Assembly (NCBI GenBank): GCA_050734135.1
Contig: JBOHUG010000039.1
Coordinates: 4,134-68,133 of the forward strand
DNA from: Candidatus Dormibacteria bacterium
GTDB lineage: Bacteria > Chloroflexota > Dormibacteria > Aeolococcales > Bog-877
Direction: 5' to 3'
DNA length: 64,000 nucleotides
The translations under genes were made by a program, and so were the position numbers. The first letter of the stretch is position 1; every line of letters begins with the position of its first letter. The notes beneath the pieces are model-generated. The model ran no database searches. It worked only from the letters and a program-made list of their open reading frames with translations, and was not told where the DNA came from. Of the stretch, positions 10,776-18,348 are shown in pieces.

Positions 10776-11780
10776 ATGAGCGACGTGGAGGTCATGGAAC
10801 TCCGGGCTCCCGCCGAGGGGGGTCAACCGGCGCTGGGTCCCGCGGTGCGAATGGATCCCAGCCCCGGACCCGGCGAGGTCAGACTGCGGGTGGAGGCCTG
10901 TGCCGTCTGCCGGACCGATCTGCAAATCAGCTCGGGCGACCTTCCCGCCAGGACACTTCCGATCGTGCCCGGGCATCAGATCGTGGGACGAGTGGAAGAG
11001 CTTGGGGCAGGCGTCTCCGGGGAGCTGCTGGGGAGGCGGCTCGGGGTCGGGTGGCTGGCTTCCACCTGCGGCAACTGCCAGCACTGCCTGGGGAGCCAGG
11101 AGAACCTCTGCCGGGATGCGAAATTCACCGGTTGGGACCAGGACGGTGGGTTCGCCACCCAGGTCATCGTGCGGGCGGACTTCGCCCAGTGTCTGCCGGA
11201 GTCCCCTCTGGCCTCGGCACTGGCTCCCCTGCTGTGCGGTGGGGTGATCGGCTACCGGGCGTTCCGTCTCGCCGAGATCGGCACTGGAGAACGGCTGGGA
11301 CTCTTCGGCTTCGGGGCCTCGGCACTCCTGGTCCTCCAGCTGGCCCTGGCCGAGAGCTGCGAGGTATTCGTGTTGACTCGGGATCCGGCATCGCGCCGGC
11401 GGGCGCGAGAGCAAGGAGCCGCCTGGGTTGGCTCTCCAGGCGTGGAGCTGCCGGTGCCTCTCCAGGCGGCGATCACGTTCGCGCCCGTGGGAGCGGTGGT
11501 GGTCGACGCGCTCCGAACCCTGGACAGGGGAGGTACCTGCGTGGTGAATGCGATCCACCTGGATCGCATCCCCGAATTCTCCTACGACCATCTCTACTGG
11601 GAGCGCCGACTTCTCAGCGTCGCCAACTTCACCCGTCGAGATGCCACGGAATTCCTCCAGCTCGCCCAGAGCCTCCCGATCCGAACGCTGGTCGACGAGT
11701 TCCCGTTGAAAGAGGCGAACAAGGCGCTTGACGCCCTGCGCGCGGCTCGCCTGGCGGGCGCCGCGGTGCTGATTCCCTAG
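10776..11780 (+). CDS. zinc-dependent alcohol dehydrogenase (MDR family)
   Basis: Catalytic Zn ligands (CAVCRTD) and structural Zn CxxCxxC motif (CGNCQHCLGSQENLC). Start taken at MSDVEV because the upstream part of the ORF overlaps the divergent murE. Confidence 0.85.
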   Translation: MSDVEVMELRAPAEGGQPALGPAVRMDPSPGPGEVRLRVEACAVCRTDLQISSGDLPARTLPIVPGHQIVGRVEELGAGVSGELLGRRLGVGWLASTCGNCQHCLGSQENLCRDAKFTGWDQDGGFATQVIVRADFAQCLPESPLASALAPLLCGGVIGYRAFRLAEIGTGERLGLFGFGASALLVLQLALAESCEVFVLTRDPASRRRAREQGAAWVGSPGVELPVPLQAAITFAPVGAVVVDALRTLDRGGTCVVNAIHLDRIPEFSYDHLYWERRLLSVANFTRRDATEFLQLAQSLPIRTLVDEFPLKEANKALDALRAARLAGAAVLIP

Positions 11781-11781
11781 A

Positions 11782-13203
11782 TCACGAAGGCTGAATTGAG
11801 AACTCCGCTCGGAGCCGGGTGACGGCCTCCCGGGCGGCCACGGTGAGCTCCAGAGCCAATCGTCGATCCAGATCGAGTGAGGCGGTTGTCTCGAGCGACT
11901 GCAGGCGCACCTCAAGCAGCTGCAACTGGTCCGCGATCTCGCCGGGAGTCGCCAGGGCCCGGAGGCGGGCCGCGGCTGCGGGGGCGGTTTCGCCCAGCCG
12001 TTTCGCCCGCTGGTAGTCTCCGAACGCCCGGCGGTCGCGGTCGGCGGCGAGCAGCAGTCGTACCGCTGCTTGCCCGGACTCTGAGATCTCTGCTGCCGGC
12101 GCGTGCAGCCGGCAGAGCCCGTCCAGAGCCGCCGCGAGTGCGCCCGTGATCGCAGCCGCCGCCGCGCCACCCGCTGCGTCCCGCGGGGAGAGCATCCGGG
12201 CGACCGTCTCGAGCAGCGACCAGGAGGCGACCGGCCCTGGCTGCAGACCTCCGAGATCCGTCAGGGAGAGCAGAGCCGAAACTGAGGTGATACGGCCGAT
12301 TCCGCCCGGTACCGGCGTCACCCGGGCGGCGCCCGCCGCAGCGGCCGGGGTGACGTCGCCCCGGAGCTGCCCGTCGACCATCGAGGTGCCCACGTCGAGG
12401 ACTGTGGTACCGGGCAGGATCGCATTCGCGGGCATGACCCCGGCGATTCCGATGGCTGAGATCAATATGTCATAGGGGGGTAGTGGATCGACTCCAGCGA
12501 TGTCGCTCTGGATCACCGAGACCTGAGCTCCGGTGGCCAGGAGCCGCTGGGCGATCGGGCGACCGCCGGTCGGACCGTGGCCGACGACCAGAATTCTCGC
12601 TGCGGAGCAATCGATCCCAAGATGAACCAGGGTCGCGAGGCAGGCTTCGGCGACGGGGGTTCCGCGACGACGCCCGTCGGCTGCCGCTGCCAGGGCCGCC
12701 GGGGTGACGGCCTCGACGTCCTTGCTGGCAGGCAGGTGGGCGGCCACCACGCCACCGGGGAGTGATTTGACCGGCTGCACCACCACCACGCCGTTCACGG
12801 TGGGGTCCACCACCAGGGCATCGAGAGCGGTCGGGGTTGTCTCAGCTTGGTCCCGCGGCACGGTCCGGTGCACGACTTCCACGCCCCCGGCGACCGCTTC
12901 CCGTTCCAGGGACCGGGCGAACGAGCCCCCGGCGATGTTGCCCTCCTCGACCACTACTCCCAGTCGGTAGGGGCGCTGGCGCGCCTTCACGCGGCCCGCC
13001 AACCGCCCGCGCAGCTCCTCCAGGAGGGGAGAGAGGTTTACCACCTCGGCCGGGACCAGGTCCGTCACCGACCTATCTCGCGCGTCCTGAGCACTGGAGC
13101 GCCGGGGGAATCCGAGTGTCTCGTGGTCATCACCTCTCCACGACAGCCGATGGGCGGCGACGCCGCGCAGCCGCCCGGTGACGCCAACTAACTGCTGTAC
13201 CAC
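11782..13203 (-). CDS. FolD-like methylene-THF dehydrogenase/cyclohydrolase fused to a C-terminal formimino-THF cyclodeaminase/methenyl-THF cyclohydrolase (FTCD_C/FchA-like) domain
   Basis: N-terminal half aligns with FolD (NAD(P)-binding RILVVGHGPTGGRP, VTPVPGGIGRIT). The C-terminal ~180 aa match the cyclodeaminase fold (LSPRDAAGGAAAAAITGALAAAL). The true start may lie downstream of the first M. Confidence 0.7.
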   Translation of the reverse strand: MVQQLVGVTGRLRGVAAHRLSWRGDDHETLGFPRRSSAQDARDRSVTDLVPAEVVNLSPLLEELRGRLAGRVKARQRPYRLGVVVEEGNIAGGSFARSLEREAVAGGVEVVHRTVPRDQAETTPTALDALVVDPTVNGVVVVQPVKSLPGGVVAAHLPASKDVEAVTPAALAAAADGRRRGTPVAEACLATLVHLGIDCSAARILVVGHGPTGGRPIAQRLLATGAQVSVIQSDIAGVDPLPPYDILISAIGIAGVMPANAILPGTTVLDVGTSMVDGQLRGDVTPAAAAGAARVTPVPGGIGRITSVSALLSLTDLGGLQPGPVASWSLLETVARMLSPRDAAGGAAAAAITGALAAALDGLCRLHAPAAEISESGQAAVRLLLAADRDRRAFGDYQRAKRLGETAPAAAARLRALATPGEIADQLQLLEVRLQSLETTASLDLDRRLALELTVAAREAVTRLRAEFSIQPS

Positions 13204-13522
13204 CAGCCTGGTCGTACGGGCTCGACCGTATCAGGCGGAGTCAGCGCCTCGCTGCCAGTCCCCGGGCCGGGCCGGCCGGGAGGAGCTTTCCCGTTGCCCC
13301 CCGGCCCCGGGGAGTCGAACTGCAGGGGATCGTGTGGAAGTGCCAGAGGGAAGTGCGGAGCGCCGATCGGGCTCTCAGCACCTTCCCAGCCAAGGCGCGG
13401 CTGTTCCTCACCAACCGTCTGTCACACTACCCCCGCCGCCGGCGGCGGGATGGAGACGCACCGCACCCCGCGGCGATCCCGCTCGAGCCGCCCCGCGACA
13501 GGTGGATTTCAGGAGGTCCCCC

Positions 13523-14887
13523 TTGGTCGAGGTTCTAACCCTGGAGACCCCGGAACTCGGGGATCGCACCTATCTCGTCCACGATGGCGATCAGGGAATC
13601 GTCGTCGATCCCCAGCGAGATACCGACCGCGTGCTGGCGCTGGCCGACTCGGCCGGGGTCAAGATCAGTTGCGTGGCGGAGACCCACATCCACAACGACT
13701 ACGTGTCGGGGGGGTGGGCGCTGTCCCAGTCGGTAGGTGCCCGGTACCTGGTGGCCGCTGCCGACGATGTCTCATTTCAACGCCAATCGGTGAGCGAAGG
13801 GGATCGGATCGTTGTCGGCGGGCTCACCTTGAGGACACTGGCGACCCCCGGGCACACCCAGAGTCATCTCTCCTTTCTGCTCTCATCTGGAGGCGGACTC
13901 CGGGCCCTCTTCAGCGGAGGGTCGCTGCTCTATGGCGCCGTGGGCCGCACTGACCTGGTGGCGCCGGAACTCACAGAGCCGCTGGCCCGCGCCCAGCGCC
14001 GCTCAGCGCTCCGCCAGGTCGCCTTGCCGGCGGGCCTCGACCTCTACCCCACCCACGGATTTGGGAGCTTCTGTGCCAGCGGCACAAGCTCGGTGGCCGA
14101 CCCCGGTCACACGATTGGGACCCAGCGCACGACCAACCCTGCCGTGACCGGCGACGAGGAGGGCTTCGTCCGGGCGCTGTTGGCAGGGTACTCCCTCTAC
14201 CCGCGCTACTACGCTCACATGGGTGCTCTGAATCTGGAGGGGGCGGCTGCTCCCGAACTGGGGCTACCTCCGGAAATAGAGATCGCTGAAGTTGCCCGGC
14301 GGATCCGGAACGGGGAGTGGGTGGTCGATCTCCGGACTCGAACCGAGTTCGGGCCGTCCCACATCGTCGGCACGGTGAACTTCCCCACCGGCGAACTGCT
14401 GGCGACCTACGTGGGTTGGGTTGTCCCCTGGGGCGCTCCCCTGACTCTAGTCGGCAGTAGCGCGGAGGCGGTGAGCCGGGCTCGGCGTGATTTGGCTCGC
14501 ATCGGGATCGACTGGCTCGCCGGCTGGTCGAGTGCGCCCCTGGCGGAGCTGCAGGAGAGCCTGGGAAAGTCGTCGTACCGGGTGACCGACTTCCGGGGCC
14601 TGGCCGAGGCGGTGCGCTCCCAGGACGTCCAGATCCTCGATGCGCGTCGACCCGACGAGTGGCACGAGCGGCACATCAAGAACGCGATCAACATCCACCT
14701 ACCCGATCTGCCGACCCGGGTAGACGAGCTGCCCGAGCGACCCATCTGGGTGCACTGCGGCGCCGGCTACCGCGCCGCCGTAGCAGCCAGCCTGCTCGAT
14801 CGGGCGGGCCGCGAAGTGGTGCTGGTGGACGATGACATCGCTCGGCTCGGCGAGGTCGGTCTGGAATTGGTGAGTGGTTCGGAATAG
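13523..14887 (+). CDS. MBL-fold metallo-hydrolase (persulfide dioxygenase-like) fused to two rhodanese domains
   Basis: MBL motif ETHIHNDYVSGG...TPGHT is followed by two rhodanese domains. The first lacks the catalytic Cys. The second has active-site HCGAGYRA. TTG at 13523 sits 6 nt after a perfect AGGAGG. The upstream part of the track ORF overlaps the divergent gene. Confidence 0.75.
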   Translation: MVEVLTLETPELGDRTYLVHDGDQGIVVDPQRDTDRVLALADSAGVKISCVAETHIHNDYVSGGWALSQSVGARYLVAAADDVSFQRQSVSEGDRIVVGGLTLRTLATPGHTQSHLSFLLSSGGGLRALFSGGSLLYGAVGRTDLVAPELTEPLARAQRRSALRQVALPAGLDLYPTHGFGSFCASGTSSVADPGHTIGTQRTTNPAVTGDEEGFVRALLAGYSLYPRYYAHMGALNLEGAAAPELGLPPEIEIAEVARRIRNGEWVVDLRTRTEFGPSHIVGTVNFPTGELLATYVGWVVPWGAPLTLVGSSAEAVSRARRDLARIGIDWLAGWSSAPLAELQESLGKSSYRVTDFRGLAEAVRSQDVQILDARRPDEWHERHIKNAINIHLPDLPTRVDELPERPIWVHCGAGYRAAVAASLLDRAGREVVLVDDDIARLGEVGLELVSGSE

Positions 14888-14925
14888 CGTCCGGATCGGA
14901 CCCAATTCCGACCTATCATGACCTG

Positions 14926-15267
14926 ATGCCTGCCGACTGCCTGTTCTGCCGGATCGTGGCTGGGGAGTTGCCTTCCGACGAGGTTCACCGGGAACCGGGC
15001 ATTCTCGCCTTCAAGGACATCCACCCCGTCGCCGAGACCCATGTCCTGGTGATCCCCGAAAAGCACATCGAGGATTTGCGCCAACTGCGGGCGGAGGACG
15101 CCGGGCTCTGGCTCCGCCTAACCCAGGTGGCCAACGAGGTGGCGTCTGATCTGGGGCACGAGGAGGGCTACCGCTTCTATGTCAGTGTCGGCGCTGCCGG
15201 CGGGCAGACCGTGCCCCATCTTCATATCCACGTGATGGCTGGGAGCATGCGCCGCCTTCCATCCTGA
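14926..15267 (+). CDS. HIT-family hydrolase (histidine triad nucleotide-binding protein)
   Basis: 113 aa with HIT motif HLHIHVMAG and N-terminal CLFCRIV. Confidence 0.9.
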   Translation: MPADCLFCRIVAGELPSDEVHREPGILAFKDIHPVAETHVLVIPEKHIEDLRQLRAEDAGLWLRLTQVANEVASDLGHEEGYRFYVSVGAAGGQTVPHLHIHVMAGSMRRLPS

Positions 15268-15278
15268 TTCGTGTGCGG

Positions 15279-15315
15279 CCGCCTCGGGTATTGTTGGTAG
15301 GCGGGTCGGATTTTT
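15279..15315 (+). terminator. weak hairpin + T5 run between the HIT gene and the E1-like gene
   Basis: CCGCCT-14 nt-AGGCGG followed 6 nt later by TTTTT (15311-15315). T-runs are rare in this GC-rich sequence. Confidence 0.35.
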
Positions 15316-15348
15316 GGGCCCCGGTGTGGGCGCTGGAGTGCACTTCAG

Positions 15349-16542
15349 ATGGCGTTGAGTTCGCGGGAAATGGTCGACCAGGCCCGTCGGGTGGTTGCGG
15401 AGGTAGCGCCCCAGGAGCTGCGGGTGCGATTGGCCAGTGACGGACAGCGTCAGCTGCTCGACGTGCGCGAGCCGGAGGAGGTCGCCCAGGGGGTGATCCC
15501 AGAGGCCGTAGTAATTCCCCGAGGATTTCTTGAGCTGCGCGTGGAATCGGCGATTCCCGATCGGGCCACTCCGATCGCGGTGTACTGCGCCTCCGGAGTG
15601 CGGTCGCTCCTGGCGGCTAGGACACTGCACGCGATGGGGTATTCGGACGTGGTCTCCCTCCAGGGCGGCTACAACGCCTGGAAGGACCAGGGCCTTCCGG
15701 TCACCGTGCCGCACGCCTTCACTTCCGAGCAGCGCGAGCGGTACAGCCGGCACTTCCTCCTCAGCGAGGTGGGCGAAGCTGGTCAGGCCAAGCTGCTCGA
15801 CGCCAAGGTGCTCCTCCTGGGAGCCGGCGGCCTCGGCGCGCCCGTCGCCTATTACCTGGCTGCGGCAGGAGTGGGCACCATCGGACTGGTGGACTTCGAC
15901 CGGGTGGAGCTGAGCAATCTGCAGCGACAGATCGTCCACACCATGGACCGGCTGGGCATGCTCAAGACCGAGTCGGCGGCGATTGCCCTCAGGGCGCTGA
16001 ACCCGGACGTCAAGGTGATTGAGCACAACCTCCGCCTCGACAGCTCCAACGCGGCTGAGCTCTTCGCCCATTACGACATCATCGTGAACGGAAGCGACAA
16101 CTTCCCAACCCGTTACCTTGCCAACGACGTCGCGATTTTCTTGCGCAAGCCGCTGGTCGATGGCGGGATCTTCCGCTTCGAGGGTCAGGTCACGAGCATG
16201 CTCCCCTTCGAGTCGGCCTGCTACCGCTGCCGCTACCCGGCCCCCCCACCGCCTGAGGAGGCGCCCAGTTGCTCCGAGGCGGGCGTGCTCGGAGTTCTGC
16301 CGGGACTGGTCGGACTGGTCCAGGCCACCGAGGTGGTGAAGATGATCCTGGGCATCGGCGAGACATTGAGTGGGCGGCTGCTGCACGTCGATGCTCTGAC
16401 TATGGAGTTCAACACCTTCCGGCTGCGCCGGGACCCGGAGTGCCCGGTCTGCGGCGAGCATCCCTCGATCACCGAACCGATCGACTACGAAGGGTTCTGC
16501 CTCAACCCCAGCTTGACGGTATCGGCGGCAGCGGTAGCCTGA
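15349..16542 (+). CDS. E1-like ThiF/MoeB adenylyltransferase with N-terminal rhodanese domain (MoeZ-like, reversed domain order)
   Basis: N-terminal rhodanese with active-site YCASGVRS. Central ThiF fold with Gly-rich nucleotide loop LLLGAGGLGAPVAYYLAAAG. C-terminal CxxC...CxxC Zn motif (CYRC...CPVC). Confidence 0.85.
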   Translation: MALSSREMVDQARRVVAEVAPQELRVRLASDGQRQLLDVREPEEVAQGVIPEAVVIPRGFLELRVESAIPDRATPIAVYCASGVRSLLAARTLHAMGYSDVVSLQGGYNAWKDQGLPVTVPHAFTSEQRERYSRHFLLSEVGEAGQAKLLDAKVLLLGAGGLGAPVAYYLAAAGVGTIGLVDFDRVELSNLQRQIVHTMDRLGMLKTESAAIALRALNPDVKVIEHNLRLDSSNAAELFAHYDIIVNGSDNFPTRYLANDVAIFLRKPLVDGGIFRFEGQVTSMLPFESACYRCRYPAPPPPEEAPSCSEAGVLGVLPGLVGLVQATEVVKMILGIGETLSGRLLHVDALTMEFNTFRLRRDPECPVCGEHPSITEPIDYEGFCLNPSLTVSAAAVA

Positions 16543-16594
16543 ACCCCGGCCGGCCCGGGATGATTCGCCTCTGACTGGCGTCGAAAACCGGCGC

Positions 16595-16621
16595 TTGGAC
16601 TGGGTCAGGGTTGGGTAACAT
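16595..16621 (+). promoter_or_regulatory. sigma-70-like promoter candidate upstream of the 71-aa gene (leaderless)
   Basis: TTGGAC-15 nt-TAACAT. GTG start lies 6 nt downstream of the -10. No SD. Confidence 0.35.
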
Positions 16622-16627
16622 GAACCT

Positions 16628-16843
16628 GTGAAGCAGGCCACGATCTCGCTCGACGACCTCATTACGGCGGTCGAGACCGCGCGGGACAAGGTGATGGCTG
16701 ACGAGGTCCGCTCCCTGGTCAAGTTCGGCATCCCCAAGGCAATGGCCCAGCAGATGGTCGCAGCCCGGTTCCAGCAGAAGGTCGGAGGAGAAGAGGGCGA
16801 GGGAGGGGAGACTGAGACCCCGGCCTGGCCCGACATGAGCTGA
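16628..16843 (+). CDS. small hypothetical protein (71 aa) with internal KVGGE motif and acidic C-terminal tail
   Basis: Strong GC3 codon bias supports coding. GTG start has no SD. A promoter-like TTGGAC-15nt-TAACAT lies immediately upstream, consistent with a leaderless transcript. No recognised family. Confidence 0.5.
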   Translation: MKQATISLDDLITAVETARDKVMADEVRSLVKFGIPKAMAQQMVAARFQQKVGGEEGEGGETETPAWPDMS

Positions 16844-16861
16844 CCCGGGTGCTCCGGCGCC

Positions 16862-16880
16862 CCCGCTAGCTCCCGCTAGC
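16862..16880 (+). repeat. tandem direct repeat CCCGCTAGC x2, each containing palindrome GCTAGC
   Basis: Read directly in the 50-nt spacer between the 71-aa gene and the HExxH gene. Confidence 0.6.
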
Positions 16881-16893
16881 GGACAGGGGCACC

Positions 16894-17976
16894 GTGGAGG
16901 AATTGGCCCCCCTCAGCCCCTATCGCTCAGACCGGCAGTACGCTCGGCTGGAGACTTACCGGCGCTTGGGTTTGCCCGACGCCACCTGGGCGGCCGAGCA
17001 GTTCAGTCTGCGAATCCATGTCTCCCAGGACGGCCCGCCAGGCGGGGAGAAGCGGGCGCGCGAGGTCTGGGAGACGGTGGACCGACTCCCGCTCCAGGTC
17101 AAGGACGTCCTGCGAGGGGTGGTCGACGAGGTGCGGCTGGACCCCGAAGATAGGTTTCCCGTCGATACGCTGGGGACCTGGCGGGATGGAACCATGCGGC
17201 TCAACCGGGATTGGTCGCTGATCCCGGCGCTGCGCAGTGGGGGCTGGCACCGGGATCTTGGCTACGATTTGGTGCGAGCCACCTTGATCCACGAGTCCGG
17301 CCATGCCCTGGTCGAGGACCCGAGAGGCGGGGTCCGGCTCCGCGACACAGTCGCTCTGATCGCCGCGTCCGGCTGGTTACCGCACCCCCTTACCGACCCG
17401 GTGCCGTATGGAACTGTCGGCCGCCAGGTTTCCAATCTCACTGACTACTACCTGACTCGGCTACAGCAGCTCGATCCGAGTTGGGATAGCGAACTCTCCC
17501 TCGGTAGTCCGTCGCTGCCGCCGCCATCGCAGTTGGACCGTGATGTGATGCTGGAGGTGAGCACCTTCAACCGGCTGCGCACCAGGGACCGTGGTTCCCT
17601 GGGTCTGCAGGGACCGGACCAGCTGATCCGACACCTGCGCCGGGAGGAGCCGAACCGGATGAAAAGGGAACTGGCGGCTAGGGGCCTGGTGCTGGAGGAT
17701 GTAGACGCGACGTTGCGACGGCGCCGGGGCATCTCCCTGTATGCGGAAGTCGCCATCTCCGAGACGCCGGCGGAGATCTTCCGCTGCATCCACGCTCCCT
17801 TCACCAGGGCGGAGCACGGCCGCCCCGCCTTAGATGAGGGCGAGCGCGTGCTCTTGGAACCGTGGCGCACCGCGGACCGGGCGGTTGGGGCGCGCCGACT
17901 GGCGCTGGCCCCCGAGCGACCCTGGGAGGCGCTCCAGTTGGTCCGTCGGGGCGTCGGCCGGGAGCTCGGGAGGTGA
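16894..17976 (+). CDS. hypothetical HExxH-motif protein (putative zinc metallopeptidase-like)
   Basis: 360 aa, GC3-biased. Single LIHESGHALVED motif resembles zincin/SprT-type active sites. No other family recognised. Confidence 0.6.
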   Translation: MEELAPLSPYRSDRQYARLETYRRLGLPDATWAAEQFSLRIHVSQDGPPGGEKRAREVWETVDRLPLQVKDVLRGVVDEVRLDPEDRFPVDTLGTWRDGTMRLNRDWSLIPALRSGGWHRDLGYDLVRATLIHESGHALVEDPRGGVRLRDTVALIAASGWLPHPLTDPVPYGTVGRQVSNLTDYYLTRLQQLDPSWDSELSLGSPSLPPPSQLDRDVMLEVSTFNRLRTRDRGSLGLQGPDQLIRHLRREEPNRMKRELAARGLVLEDVDATLRRRRGISLYAEVAISETPAEIFRCIHAPFTRAEHGRPALDEGERVLLEPWRTADRAVGARRLALAPERPWEALQLVRRGVGRELGR

Positions 17977-18269
17977 CGGGGCTGGAGGAACGATTCCTGT
18001 TGCGGGAGATAAGCAGCGGACGGTCTGCCGAGGCGTGGGGCTTCCCAGTCCAACTCGCCGGTGACGCCGAGCTCTGCCAGCTGATCAGGGGGTATCTGAA
18101 CGATCCGATCGCGGAACTGGGTCCTTCGCTGGACCCGGAAACAGGGGAGCGCGGTACCAGAGTTCTGACCCTGGAGCCCGGCGATCCCGGCTGGCTCCAG
18201 GGCTGCCTGCGGCGATCCGCCCAGGAGCTCAAACTCCGCCTCAGCGAGCCCCCTCTCAGTGGCCGCTGA
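17972..18269 (+). CDS. small hypothetical protein (98 aa), translationally coupled to the HExxH protein
   Basis: GTG start overlaps the upstream TGA (GTGA). A GGAGG SD lies inside the upstream gene's 3' end. GC3-biased. Confidence 0.5.
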
Positions 18270-18348
18270 ATTGCCCCCCGCAAGGGGTTGTCCAGCCGTC
18301 GGCCAGCCACTATGTTTCTTGTCTCGGTAGCTAACACGGGGGCGCCAA

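Noticed and set aside
14926-16843. Microcin-C-like peptide-nucleotide antibiotic locus (HIT immunity + MccB-like E1 + precursor peptide)
   Set aside because: The E1 carries a rhodanese domain and a MoeB-type Zn motif rather than an MccB peptide-clamp. The 71-aa product does not end in Asn, and no exporter or MccF/MccE-type gene is present. The sulfur-carrier-like interpretation was kept instead.
16628-16843. Calling the 71-aa protein a bona fide Pup
   Set aside because: Only an 11-residue C-terminal resemblance is present. The GGE is internal and there is no Dop/PafA nearby. It is retained only as a hypothesis inside a finding.
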